NCBI GenBank assembly: GCA_964498585.1
Contig: CAZCHH010000001.1
Span: forward strand, 35,513 to 99,512
Direction: 5' to 3'
Length of the DNA: 64,000 nucleotides
Origin: an uncultured Hyphomicrobiales bacterium
GTDB taxonomy: Bacteria > Bacteroidota > Ignavibacteria > Kapaibacteriales > UBA2268
A program made the position numbers and the translations under genes. The notes beneath the pieces were generated by a model that saw nothing but the letters and a program-made list of their open reading frames with translations, did no database searches and was not told the DNA's origin. Below are positions 10,828 to 21,700 of the stretch, piece by piece. Positions within the stretch are counted from its first letter, which is position 1, and each line of letters starts with the position of its first letter.

Positions 10828-11040
10828 TGTTATTCCGAACCCCCTTAGAAAAATGAGAATTTTTGTTTAAATAAAGCACTTGCTTTATCTTGGGATTACC
10901 AATGACATCTTTACATTTGTCGGTCATTCTGAGCGGAGCGAAGAATCCAGAGGATAGTGATTTAAAGAATTTTTTCTGGATTCTTCACTTCGTTCAGAAT
11001 GACTGTGTTAAACGATGTCATCTCCATTTAAATAAAGGTC
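10828..11040. repeat. Degenerate composite copy of the MITE-like repeat family. It carries TIR-like fragments (aaataaagcacttgctttatc ... gtcatctccatttaaataaaggtc) around a GTCATTCTGAGCGGAGCGAAGAATCCAGAGGATAG...CTGGATTCTTC hairpin module.
   Basis: Direct comparison with the complete element at 46338..46763 and the modules at 46617..46700. Confidence 0.6.
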
Positions 11041-11099
11041 TTCTTTTATCTGAAGGGTCGAAATGACAGATTAATTGTATCTATGAATGTAAATTTTTC

Positions 11100-12215
11100 T
11101 TATGCTCTTAGCTGGGCAGTTAACAATTCAATTCTTTCTTTTTCCTGAAAATATTCTTCTTTAATTTGATTAAATGTTTCTTTTACAGAAATAATCTTAT
11201 CAGCTAAATAAGCATTAGTTCCGGCAAAAGCAAATCCAGCGTTCATTCTCCCTTTTGCGGAATTATGCAGAACCTGAGCAATGCAGTAAGGAGCAGTTTG
11301 ATAATTGCAAGAACCGAGACAGTGCCAAATACATTTAAACGGATGAGTTTTTCCTGCTTGAATTTGTCTTACAAAATCGTTTTCTATTACTCTTCCCGGT
11401 AAGCCAACCGGACTATCTATAATAGAAATATCCTCTTTTTTGCAAGCTAAATAGGTTTTCTTGAAATCTATAGAAGCATCACATTCGTTTGTAGTAACAA
11501 AGCGGGTGCCCAGTTTCACTGCTTTTGCTCCATACTGCATTATGTCATATATATCTTTTCCATAATAGATACCACCAGCAGCAATAATTGGAATTTCTTT
11601 ACTAAATTGATTTTCAAAAATTCTAATTTCTCTAATCGTTTCTTCAACTAAAATATGCAATGGAGCAAGCTTTCCCGTCAATTCTTCTTTTTTAAATCCG
11701 AGATGCCCACCAGCCATTGGTCCTTCAACAACGACAGCATCGGGAACATATCCGTATTTATTTGCCCAGTATTGAAAAATCAGTTTTGCGGCTTTTGCAG
11801 ATGACACTTTAACAAGAAGCTTAGTGTTGTGTCCATCGCGTCCAGAAGAAGAAATCATAGCCGGAATTTTTAGTGGTAGCCCGGCACCCATAATCAAAAT
11901 ATCTATTTTCTCATCAAGAGCTACTTGAATAAGTTCCTCGTGGTCAGTCAAAGCAAGCATAATATTTAATCCTAAAACACCCTTTGTATTTTTTCTTGCT
12001 TTTTGAATTTCATTACGCAATGCTCTTTTGTTTGCTTCACGGAAATTTGTATTGTAATCGGTTTCGTTCATTCCAATTCCCGCAGCAGAAATTACACCAA
12101 CTCCACCTTCATTTGCAACTGCAGAGGCAAGCCCGGATAATGATATACAAACTCCCATTCCCCCCTGAAAAATTGGCAATGAAATATTTATATTTCCTAT
12201 ATTTATTGCTTTCAT
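11100..12215 (-). CDS. FMN-dependent nitronate monooxygenase / 2-nitropropane dioxygenase family oxidoreductase (FabK-like fold).
   Basis: N-terminal IFQGGMGVCIS..ASAVANEGGVGVISAAG motif of the NMO family; TIM-barrel-like composition. Confidence 0.6.
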   Translation of the reverse strand: MKAINIGNINISLPIFQGGMGVCISLSGLASAVANEGGVGVISAAGIGMNETDYNTNFREANKRALRNEIQKARKNTKGVLGLNIMLALTDHEELIQVALDEKIDILIMGAGLPLKIPAMISSSGRDGHNTKLLVKVSSAKAAKLIFQYWANKYGYVPDAVVVEGPMAGGHLGFKKEELTGKLAPLHILVEETIREIRIFENQFSKEIPIIAAGGIYYGKDIYDIMQYGAKAVKLGTRFVTTNECDASIDFKKTYLACKKEDISIIDSPVGLPGRVIENDFVRQIQAGKTHPFKCIWHCLGSCNYQTAPYCIAQVLHNSAKGRMNAGFAFAGTNAYLADKIISVKETFNQIKEEYFQEKERIELLTAQLRA

Positions 12216-12356
12216 AAATTATAATATTTGTAAAAAAAATAATTCAATACAAATCTAATCAGAATTATTCTTTTTATTCGAATTTAGGGATATAGCTATT
12301 AAAATAGGGATATTTATTGATTTTAGGGACGAAAATGTGCTTTTTAGGGGCAAATA

Positions 12357-13190
12357 TTATATCAATTTCTTAAACTCTTCTATGTTATTTTGAGAAACTA
12401 ATGCAGGAAAATCAATATTTTCGAAATAAAGCATATAACCTTGCGAATTTCCTTTGATTTCTTTTATGTGATTTGTATTGACAATAAAAGAGCGATGACA
12501 TTTAATTATAAAATCGAATTCTGCAATTTTTTCCTCTGCTTTATTAAGAGAACTTCTAATGAGTTGTTTATGTATTTGATTTTCTGATTCGTAAAAAACC
12601 TCAATATAATTATCAGCAGCTTTTATCAATACCAATGAATTTGCAGCAAGAATAAGTCCGTCTTTTTTATATTCAGATTCAAAGTGAATTAGCTTTTCTT
12701 TATGTTGTTTATTTTCAATTAGTTTCTTGTTTAATTGCTGAGCTGATTTTAAATTTAAACGCAATAATCTTTGCTGATTAATTACAATTAATACTGCAAC
12801 GGGAAGGGAACCGAGCAGCAAAATTCTGCCTATATCTGAATAATTGATGTTTATTATTCCAAATAATTGAGTATAAAGAACAAAATCGCTACCAGAAATT
12901 GCAAAAAGTATCCAAATATTCCAGATTATTTCTCTTTTTATATCCCAATTTGCAGATATTTTTTTAAACAAGCTGGGAATTACTATCAGATTTAAAGTTA
13001 GTATAAAAAAAGTTGATAGTGCAAGTCCGGAAAGCAAATAAAAAATCTCTTTCTGAGAAAATTCACTGACTTCAATTGGTTGAAAAATAAGTAAAAATGC
13101 TAGAACCCCAAGACTAATAAATAAAATGGTTTTTGCATTGTGTTTTAAATCGTCATTAAAAGGATAAGGTTTATGTAAGAAGTTTAGCAT
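12357..13190 (-). CDS. Membrane protein with a C-terminal LytTR DNA-binding domain (LytTR-family transmembrane regulator).
   Basis: Four to five N-terminal TM helices; C-terminal LILAANSLVLIKAADNYIEVFYESENQIHKQLIRSSLNKAEEKI...FIIKCHRSFIVNTNHIKEI matches the LytTR domain. Confidence 0.65.
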   Translation of the reverse strand: MLNFLHKPYPFNDDLKHNAKTILFISLGVLAFLLIFQPIEVSEFSQKEIFYLLSGLALSTFFILTLNLIVIPSLFKKISANWDIKREIIWNIWILFAISGSDFVLYTQLFGIININYSDIGRILLLGSLPVAVLIVINQQRLLRLNLKSAQQLNKKLIENKQHKEKLIHFESEYKKDGLILAANSLVLIKAADNYIEVFYESENQIHKQLIRSSLNKAEEKIAEFDFIIKCHRSFIVNTNHIKEIKGNSQGYMLYFENIDFPALVSQNNIEEFKKLI

Positions 13191-13341
13191 TTTCTTTTCT
13201 CAATATTGTTCAAATCACTTATTGAGAAATTCTCAATTAAAGTATTTTAAAATTAACTCTTTTTAAAATAAATTAAAAATGATATTTGAAATTTTGTTTT
13301 TTTTATGATTTGCTTTTTATCAAGTTTATAATTTTAACTTT

Positions 13342-13420
13342 TGCAAAGTATGGGAAACTTGTGCGAAAGTGAAAAAAGAAATGCAAACAACTTGTTGCTC
13401 GTATGACCAGAATGAAGAAA
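13342..13420. repeat. Copy 1 of a ~75-nt conserved non-coding element (GGGAAACTTGTG.G.AAGTGAAAAAAG...TGC.AACAACTTGTTG.TCG.ATGA), located in the LytTR / mutS divergent intergenic region.
   Basis: ~85-90 percent identical to 60993..61068; contains the hairpin gcaaacaac-tt-gttgctcg. Confidence 0.6.
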
Positions 13421-13516
13421 AATCTTTCAATTGAAAAATCACTAATCCCAATTTCACTATTTTTTCTCAGTTTTTTTCCTTATTTTAGTCAAAAATTTAT
13501 AAGGACTTTTATTTGA

Positions 13517-16168
13517 ATGAAAGATAAGCAAACTCCATTAGTTAAACAATATTCACAGATTAAACAGAAGCACCCCGATGCTGTTTTGCTTTACAGAATG
13601 GGTGATTTTTTTGAGACTTTCGATGAAGATGCTGAAATCACTTCTAAAGTATGCGGTATCGTTTTGACAAAGCGTAATAACGGTGCCGGTGGCGATACTC
13701 CTCTTGCCGGATTTCCACATCACCAATTAGAAAATTACTTACCTAAATTAGTTAAAGCTGGCTATCGCGTTGCCGTTTGCGAGCAGGTGGAAGACCCTAA
13801 AAAAGCACGCGGCATCGTGAAAAGAGAAGTGATTGAAGTGATTACCCCCGGCGTTGCTCTTTATGACAAACTGCTTGATACTAAACGAAATAACTACCTT
13901 GCCGCTATTTATTTAACTAATCTTACCAAAAGCCAGCGGCTCGTTGGGCTTAGCTTCACCGATATTTCTACGGCAGAATTTTCTACTGGCGAATTCAATC
14001 TTACCCAACTTTGCGAGATTTTGGAAACGCTCAGTCCATCTGAAATTATAATAAGCAAACAGCAAAAAAACGAGATTTTACCTTTACTCGAAAAGCTATC
14101 TTTCAAACCCGCTATTACAAAGCTTGAGCCCTGGATTTTCGATGAAGAATTTGGGCGACAAGGTTTGCTCGGGCAGTTCAAAACGCAATCACTAAAACCG
14201 TATGGAATTGAAGAACTTCCGGTTGCTATAGCTTCTGCTGGTGCGGTTTTGCATTATATCAACGAAACCCAATTCAATAAAATAGAACAAATTAAAAGCA
14301 TAAAATTATTCAATCCAAGCGAATTTATGATTTTGGATTATGCTACACGGCGTAACCTCGAAATAACTTTTTCGGCTGGCGATGTAAACCAGCAAGGCAC
14401 TCTCATTTCTATTTTAGACAGCACTATAACTCCACAAGGGGGGCGGCTCTTCAAACAATGGATTACTCGCCCGCTAATCAAACTCAGTTCCATTTTGAAA
14501 CGTAAGGAAGTAGTTAAAATATTCTTTGTAAATGCTAAAGAGCGTGAAAAGCTGCGAGAACTTTTGGGGAATATTGCAGATTTGGAACGGATTATTTCGA
14601 AAATATGCTCAATGAGAGCGCATCCACGCGATATGATTACTCTGAAAAACAGCTTGGTCGTAATGCCGGAAATTGCTAAAATTCTAAATAAATACGATAA
14701 TTTTCTCATTCAATATATTTCAAAAAAGATTTCTGAACCTTTAAAATGTGCGTCTATTATAGAAAAAAGTTTGAATGAAGAACTTGGAACTTCGATTGGC
14801 AGCGGAAATGTATTTCGGCGTGGCTACTCAAGCGAACTTGATAGCTACTTGGAAGCTAAACATTCCGGAAAAAGCTGGATTACTAATTTTCAGGAAAATG
14901 AACGGAAAACAAGCGGTATTCCATCGCTTAAAGTGAGTTTCAACAATGTTTTCGGTTACTACATCGAAATTTCTAATACTCACAAAGGGAAAGTTCCCAA
15001 AACTTACGAACGAAGGCAAACGCTTACAAATGCAGAACGTTACACAACTCCGGAGCTAAAAAGCATCGAATCGAAAATTTTAAGTGCAGAAGAGAAAATT
15101 TCCGAGTTGGAGCAATCGCTCTTTACTGAATTGCAGGTAAAAGTTTCGATGGAAACCGCTGTCATTCAGGATATTGCGAAAAGCATTGCTGCTCTTGACT
15201 GTCTGCTTTCCTTTGCTGAAATTTCTCAGATTTATAATTACTGCGAGCCGGTCGTTGACGATTCAAATATTTTGGAAATTGAGGAGGGGCGCCATCCTGT
15301 CGTTGAACGGCTTTTGCAAATCGGTGAAAAGTTTACTCCTAATTCCACTTATCTTGAGCCGGAAAAGGAAACTATCCACATAATTACCGGTCCGAATATG
15401 TCGGGAAAATCCTGCTATTTGCGGCAGGTCGGGTTGATTGTGCTGCTTGCTCAAATCGGCTGCTATGTTCCAGCGAAATCTGCTCGGGTGGGCATTGTGG
15501 ACAGGATTTTCACTCGTGTGGGGGCGCAGGATAATATTACAGCCGGCGAAAGCACTTTCCTCGTTGAAATGCAGGAAGCTGCCAACATTATGAACAATGC
15601 CAGCAATAAGTCCCTGATTTTGCTTGATGAAGTTGGGCGTGGAACTGCTACTTTCGATGGGATTTCGATTGCATGGGCTATTGCGGAGTATATCAACAAC
15701 AATATAGATGCGAAAACGCTTTTTGCCACGCATTACCACGAATTGAACGATTTAGCTGAAAAATACGAAAGCATTGCAAATTACTGCGTGGAAGTGCTTG
15801 AGCTTGACAAAAATATATTATTTACTCATAAGGTGAAAGCCGGAGCCAGCAACCACTCATTTGGTATTCACGTTGCTAAAATGGCTGGGCTGCCTTTGAG
15901 CATTATCAACAGGGCTGATGAAATTTTGAAATCGCTTGAAGGGACTTACCAAGGCGAAATTAAAACTGAAAGCATTAAAACAAAAAAAGCATCTACGAAA
16001 CAGGTAGAACCAAAGAAAAAGCAGTATATGCCAGAGCAGCTGCCTTTCTACGAATTTCGTGATGATGCTATCCGCGACAAAATACGCAATATGGACATTG
16101 ATAATCTATCGCCTGTGCAGGCACTATTGGAGCTTTCTGAACTTCATAAGGAAATAAAAAATGGATAA
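13517..16168 (+). CDS. mutS: DNA mismatch repair protein MutS.
   Basis: 883 aa; N-terminal mismatch-binding domain (LYRMGDFFETFDEDAEI, GFPHH), Walker A GPNMSGKS, and the C-terminal ABC ATPase signature. Confidence 0.95.
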   Translation: MKDKQTPLVKQYSQIKQKHPDAVLLYRMGDFFETFDEDAEITSKVCGIVLTKRNNGAGGDTPLAGFPHHQLENYLPKLVKAGYRVAVCEQVEDPKKARGIVKREVIEVITPGVALYDKLLDTKRNNYLAAIYLTNLTKSQRLVGLSFTDISTAEFSTGEFNLTQLCEILETLSPSEIIISKQQKNEILPLLEKLSFKPAITKLEPWIFDEEFGRQGLLGQFKTQSLKPYGIEELPVAIASAGAVLHYINETQFNKIEQIKSIKLFNPSEFMILDYATRRNLEITFSAGDVNQQGTLISILDSTITPQGGRLFKQWITRPLIKLSSILKRKEVVKIFFVNAKEREKLRELLGNIADLERIISKICSMRAHPRDMITLKNSLVVMPEIAKILNKYDNFLIQYISKKISEPLKCASIIEKSLNEELGTSIGSGNVFRRGYSSELDSYLEAKHSGKSWITNFQENERKTSGIPSLKVSFNNVFGYYIEISNTHKGKVPKTYERRQTLTNAERYTTPELKSIESKILSAEEKISELEQSLFTELQVKVSMETAVIQDIAKSIAALDCLLSFAEISQIYNYCEPVVDDSNILEIEEGRHPVVERLLQIGEKFTPNSTYLEPEKETIHIITGPNMSGKSCYLRQVGLIVLLAQIGCYVPAKSARVGIVDRIFTRVGAQDNITAGESTFLVEMQEAANIMNNASNKSLILLDEVGRGTATFDGISIAWAIAEYINNNIDAKTLFATHYHELNDLAEKYESIANYCVEVLELDKNILFTHKVKAGASNHSFGIHVAKMAGLPLSIINRADEILKSLEGTYQGEIKTESIKTKKASTKQVEPKKKQYMPEQLPFYEFRDDAIRDKIRNMDIDNLSPVQALLELSELHKEIKNG

Positions 16169-16355
16169 CGAAATAAAAATTTCAAACAGCAAAAACATCG
16201 AAGACTACGAAATTCTGATTAGGAAAAGAGGAGACGATGACTTTGCCTCCTACTGTCCGCAATTAAACAGAATGTTCAAAGCTGGCACACTCACAGAAGC
16301 AAGACGAATGGTAAAAGAAGCAATAGAGGAGCATATTGGATTGAACATTGAGTAA
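16161..16355 (+). CDS. HicB-like / UPF0150-family small protein (possible orphan antitoxin). It overlaps the mutS stop by 8 nt.
   Basis: YEILIRKRGDDDFASYCPQLNRMFKAGTLTEARRMVKEAIEEHI fits the UPF0150/HicB N-domain pattern (phi.phi...G.y.A..P.L.g....G.T.eEA....kEAI..Hphi). An AGGA ribosome-binding site sits 8 nt upstream. Confidence 0.5.
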   Translation: MDNEIKISNSKNIEDYEILIRKRGDDDFASYCPQLNRMFKAGTLTEARRMVKEAIEEHIGLNIE

Positions 16356-16423
16356 TAAACATTTTTTAGTGAAAAAAAAAAATATTTAATAAAATTTAGA
16401 AGAAAGAATAAATCAGTTTTTAA

Positions 16424-17518
16424 CTATTTTTCCTCTTTTTCTTTTTCTAATATTTCATTGAGGAATTTTTTTTCTATTTCAGAAAATTTAATTTGTTCCA
16501 AAGTCAAATTCGGGTCTGCAATATACCATTTGAATTTTGAAAAAAAGTCCTGCAATTTCATATCTTTAAAAACATAACCGTGCTGTGCATAAATCATATT
16601 TCGTATTAGTTTTAAATCTTCTTTACTTAATTCAATATTATCAAGAAAGCTTTCTAATGAAAAATATTTTAATGAGTAATAAATCTTTTCAGTTCTTTTA
16701 TCTAATGGATCAATTAAAAATGAATTTCTATTAATTATACCAAACTCTATATCATTTTCTGGTTTGAAGTTAGTAACATCAATCTGTAATTTTCCTGATA
16801 AAATTCTAACCATTCTTGTAGCACTGCTGTCAAAATCATAATATTTTTCGTTAGTAATTTTTCCGGTTCCAATGATAGACCAATCAGCATTTTTTCCAAA
16901 AATATCGTTTACATAAAAGTATTTATTATCTCCATAGTCAATTTGAACTGATAGATTCTTAATCATACCACCAGCCCATTTTGCTCCGGTTTTTAAAATA
17001 TAATAATAAATCTCATCTACAACTACATTGGTGGTTCTAAGATAAGAGTAGCTTTGGTTAATTCTGTTCATTCCGGGCTTAAATGTATATTCAAAAAGAT
17101 AAACGAAAACACCAGTTTCATCTTGAGTAAAATATAAGTCTTTGGTTTCCTTAAGCTCACAATCATCACATTTTGCTTTTTTTAACTTGTAAGGAATAAT
17201 CTTTCCATTTGAAAAGATTTTTAAATCAGAAATTTGGCTGTTATTACAAACCTCATCAGCTGCATCTCCTGCTGCTGATGGTGCTTGGAAACCAACAAGC
17301 AACTTTCTCTCATTCTTTTCTGGATTATTAAATTCAAAAAGTATATTTACAGTGCAAATGTCATCTTGAACTTTAAAAGAGAGAATTTCTCTGTCAAGTG
17401 ATATTTTTGTTTCCTTGGTTGGATAAATTACACCGCCACTCGAAAGATAAACTCCATCATTTCCAAATAAAGAAAATGAACTTATGACTATCAAAATAAT
17501 TATTATTTTTAATTTCAT
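16424..17518 (-). CDS. Secreted YARHG-domain protein.
   Basis: Signal peptide; C-terminal region LIRNMIYAQHGYVFKDMKLQDFFSKFKWY matches the YARHG domain signature. Confidence 0.6.
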   Translation of the reverse strand: MKLKIIIILIVISSFSLFGNDGVYLSSGGVIYPTKETKISLDREILSFKVQDDICTVNILFEFNNPEKNERKLLVGFQAPSAAGDAADEVCNNSQISDLKIFSNGKIIPYKLKKAKCDDCELKETKDLYFTQDETGVFVYLFEYTFKPGMNRINQSYSYLRTTNVVVDEIYYYILKTGAKWAGGMIKNLSVQIDYGDNKYFYVNDIFGKNADWSIIGTGKITNEKYYDFDSSATRMVRILSGKLQIDVTNFKPENDIEFGIINRNSFLIDPLDKRTEKIYYSLKYFSLESFLDNIELSKEDLKLIRNMIYAQHGYVFKDMKLQDFFSKFKWYIADPNLTLEQIKFSEIEKKFLNEILEKEKEEK

Positions 17519-17682
17519 ATTTTTTACTGAAAAGCCGTTTTATTTCTTAATTAATATTATCAATCTACAAACATATCAAATATTTATTTAAATACAAAAA
17601 AATATTAAGGAATTTCTAAAAACATAAAATTTATTGTGTAAACTTGACTAATTCAGTTGCAATTTCAGAATTTAGGTGAGCT

Positions 17683-17800
17683 GTCTGAACCATGATTTAC
17701 CTGATTTAAAGATTACTTGATTATCCTTTTCTATATTAATCAAGTAATCCTTTAATCCTTTAATCAAGGTTCAGAAGATTTTCTTCATTAAATAAAATCA
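17683..17800. repeat. Structured ~115-nt repeat, copy A, flanking the toxin-antitoxin pair. Outer stem tctgaacc/ggttcaga; inner 13-bp stem gattacttgatta/taatcaagtaatc.
   Basis: Shares its end motifs (gtctgaac[ct]atgattta ... ttcttcattaaataaa(a)tca) with copy B at 18455..18545. Confidence 0.55.
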
Positions 17801-17878
17801 CAACTCTAGGAAATTTATTAAAAGAATAAAGAAGAAATGAAAATTTGTAACAAAATCAAATTAATTATTCACTTTTTC

Positions 17879-18157
17879 TTATGGAAAGAATTTATAAATT
17901 TCTTTTCTATGCATTATTCTTGCGAATTCTATTATACCCTTTTCGAAGAAAAAGCCAATCCGATAATCAGCTAATTTTATTCTGTAAGCATTTTTAAATC
18001 CAGTAATTTTTCTTACCTTTTTTAAATCTGATAATTTTTCTGAATTCTCAATTTCTTCAATAATACCAGCCAGTTTCTTCCTTATTTTTACATTATCAAT
18101 TCTGTCTATATCTTTGCTGAACTTATCAAGAAACTCTACTTTCATTTTAGCATCCAA
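17879..18157 (-). CDS. Type II toxin of the RelE/ParE family.
   Basis: 92 aa; ..NAYRIKLADYRIGFFFEKGIIEFARIMHRKEIY matches the RelE/ParE C-terminal signature; 11-nt overlap with the upstream small ORF. Confidence 0.75.
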   Translation of the reverse strand: MDAKMKVEFLDKFSKDIDRIDNVKIRKKLAGIIEEIENSEKLSDLKKVRKITGFKNAYRIKLADYRIGFFFEKGIIEFARIMHRKEIYKFFP

Positions 18158-18344
18158 GTTTTTGCATAATTGATTCTCTGCTTACTTTTTTGCTTCTATC
18201 ACATTCTTTCATCATTTCACCTAATAAAATATCTTCTTTTTCTTCAGCTGATAAAATTTTAGTTTTAATGTTCATTTTAGAAAATAAATCAATAACAAAC
18301 TCGAAATCTTCTAAATTATTTGGTGTAACAAGAATAGTATCCAT
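18147..18344 (-). CDS. Putative cognate antitoxin (65 aa). The family could not be assigned.
   Basis: Small acidic ORF immediately upstream of, and overlapping, the RelE/ParE toxin gene. Confidence 0.5.
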   Translation of the reverse strand: MDTILVTPNNLEDFEFVIDLFSKMNIKTKILSAEEKEDILLGEMMKECDRSKKVSRESIMQKLGC

Positions 18345-18454
18345 AATTAATTATATTTATTAATAATCTTTTATAACGAAAGACATAACTCAATATTTTT
18401 AAATGTTGTATTTTTACATTTCTTATCAAGTGCAAATTGGGAAAGAGGCGATAC

Positions 18455-18545
18455 GTCTGAACTATGATTTATATGATTTTTATGATTAAGATGATTTTTC
18501 TTATCATTTCTTCATTAAATAAATCAGAAAAATCATAGTTCAAAA
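18455..18545. repeat. Structured repeat copy B upstream of the toxin-antitoxin operon, with a perfect 12-bp stem gaactatgattt/aaatcatagttc.
   Basis: Shared motifs with copy A at 17683..17800. Confidence 0.55.
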
Positions 18546-18704
18546 AGAAATGTCTGCACTGTGATTTGTTTAACTCATCTTAGGTATTACCACTTTCAAT
18601 AATTTAATTTATAATTTGAGTTATTAAATTTTCTCATATTTATTTTTGTTAATTCAAAAATATTCAATAATTTGCTATTCTTGAATTATACATCAAAAAA
18701 ATAT

Positions 18705-21700
18705 ATGATAAAAAAATATTTTAAAAATACTTACATAATTACAATTTTACTATTTGTTATTTTCGGTCAGGCGGAAAGCAAGCAAATAATTGTAAAATAT
18801 AAAAATAGTAGTTTATCTCAACAAATTTATTCAATAGATAATAATTCATTCAAACAAGAATTCTTATTTCAAAATGTTTTAAATAATTTTAAAAAAAATG
18901 ATGTAAATCTTTCTTTCGATATTCAAAACCAAATTAAAGAATTATCAAATTATTATATTTTAAATATACCTGAAAATCTTAATGCCGATAGTGTTTTAAA
19001 CCTACTTCAAAATGATTTATCAATCGAATCTGCTGAAATAAATAACATATATAAAGTAAATCAAACAGAAATAGCAGAGCCAAATGATGAATATTTTAAA
19101 GAGCAATGGGGAATAGCGGCTGTAAATTGCAAAAATGCTTGGAAAAAGGCAAGTGGGAACGGCGTTCTTGTTGGCATCATTGACACTGGAATTGATTACT
19201 ATCATCTGGATTTAGTTAATCAACTTTGGATAAATAGCGCTGAAGATTTAAATAAAAATGGAACATTTGAGCCATGGCATTTTACTGAAGTAAGAAATGG
19301 GATAACTGGCGATTTGAACGGAATAGATGATGATGGAAATGGTTTTACTGATGATGTGATTGGATATGACTTCGTTGACCAGCAAAATGCTAATATTGGT
19401 GATTATTTTGAGCGGGACCCAATTCCTTTTGACGAAATGGGGCATGGAACTCTTGTCAGCGGAGTAATTGCAGCGCAGTCAAATAATAAAATTGGAATAT
19501 CCGGAATTGCATATAATTCAAAAATTGTAACTTTAAGAGCATTCGATGCAACAGGAAATGCAGAAACTGACGACATTGCTTCCGCTATTATTTATGCAGC
19601 TCTCAATAGAATTAAAGTGCTTAATTTTAGCTTCGGCGATAATGTGAATTCTCCATTACTTCACCAAGCAATAAAATTTGCAAACTCACTTGGCTGCGTA
19701 ATGATTAGCTCAAAAGGAAATAACGGCTGGGCGTTGCCTCATTTTCCATCGGACTATCCCGAAGTAATTGCAGTCGGCTCTTCTACTTCATCGAATTACA
19801 GAGATATAAGAAGCAATTATGGTTCAAATCTTTCACTTCTTGCACCTGGCTCAAATATTTTCACAACTAATCTAAATTCATCTTATAAATACGCAAGTGG
19901 CACTTCGCTCGCTGCTCCATTTGTTAGTGCTGCCGCTGCTTTGCTTTTTGAATTAGACAGCAGTTTGTCCCCTAATGATATAAAAGGAATTTTAGAAGTT
20001 ACTGCAAAGGATATATATGATGAGGGCTGGGACGAAGAAACCGGCAATGGAATTTTAGATATCGGAAAAGCTCTTAATAACATTACAAAAATTGATATAT
20101 CTATCATAACACCACTGAATTTTTCCGGCTATAATAAAGATAGTATTAGAAGTATTAATGTAGTCGGCAACATAACTGTTCCTTTGTTTGATAGTTGGGA
20201 AATTCTGATTGGCGAATCTTCAAATCCAAAGAATTGGGATATTTTAACTGATAATAATTACGAGCAGCAAAAAAATAAAGTATTAGCAACAATCAACATA
20301 GAAAATCTTTTAGATACTACTTACACCCTTCAATTACTTATCAAATTAAAAAATGGTAAATCTATTCAGAAACGTATTGTTTTTTCAGTATATTCAAAAA
20401 ATTCTGAATTAGAAATCAAGCAGGTATCAAAAATTATGATTTGGAAAGATGGAAAGCTAACTCCAGCTGTTAGCATTTTTGCCAATTATCCTGTAACATC
20501 GAACCTGTTTCTTATATCTGATAACGATACTTTGCTTTATTCAAAAAACTCCCATTTAAATTCTACTCAAACTTTTTTAATTTCTGAAGGATTAAGCAGT
20601 TTTCAAGGAAAAGCAATTATTGTTGCAAAAAGAATCGATGGTAAAACTATAAGCACAGAAATTGATTTGTCTTATGAAAATCAAGTTGCTCCAATAAACT
20701 CTTTCAATTATTTATCTACTGCTTTCCCATCATCATATTTATTAAATCAGGTAAGTGAAATATATAATGACAAAAAACCAGCAGTAGTAGTTAATGATAT
20801 GCCATATAATTTTTGGCAGTCAACAAAGATTTACGAATATAACGAGGGGAATTTCAATTTAAAGGACTCAATAGATTATTCTTGGATTCCAGTTGCTGTT
20901 GGAAAGTCGGAAGATGGCAATACTGAAATACTCGTTAAATCAAGTGGAAAGACATTTCTATTTAAATCAAAATCAATTGGAGAAAATCCATTTGCTTCTG
21001 TTGCTTTTCGGGATACTTTAAACCATAATCTTTGGGCAGCAGGGCTTTTTGATATTAATAAAGATGGGAAAAACGAAATAATTGCTCACTCAGATAGCTC
21101 TTTTCATATTTTCTCAAAAATAAATAATGAATATAAGCTAAATACTTCAACTCCAGTAAATAATAATTTGATAATGTTAGGTACTTCGCCCGGCTTTGCA
21201 TTTGAAGACATAGATAATGACGGTATTTTTGAGCTATGTCACAGTAATCCTTCCGGTAATCTTTTTATCTATAAATATATTAATAATAATTTAGTTCTTT
21301 CTTTTATAGATTCCTTAAATTATTCAAACAGTTCACAAAATATTTTAACTTCAGATATTGATAATGATGGATTTAAAGAGATTTTAATTTTAAGCTATGG
21401 CAGCACTTCGCTTTATGGAATTGAAAATGGAGACAATACAGTTTGGAGTTTAAGATTTTATAAAAAAGTTGAGGATATATATAAAATTCTTCACACAGAG
21501 TATTTCTGGGACGTAAAGAGCGGCGCTACTTCAAATGGAATTTCATTTAGAAATGGTATTGCCTCCGGCGATGTTGATGATGATAATATTGATGAAATAA
21601 TAGTTACTACTTTCCCAAATCTTTACGTTTTTAAATGGAATAATGAGATTAACAAATTAAATCCGATTTGGTATTATCCGAATGCAATGTCCAATTCAGC

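Noticed and set aside
10742-10927. ORF 10742..10927 (minus strand).
   Set aside because: It lies entirely within the intergenic repeat cluster and its translation is low complexity.
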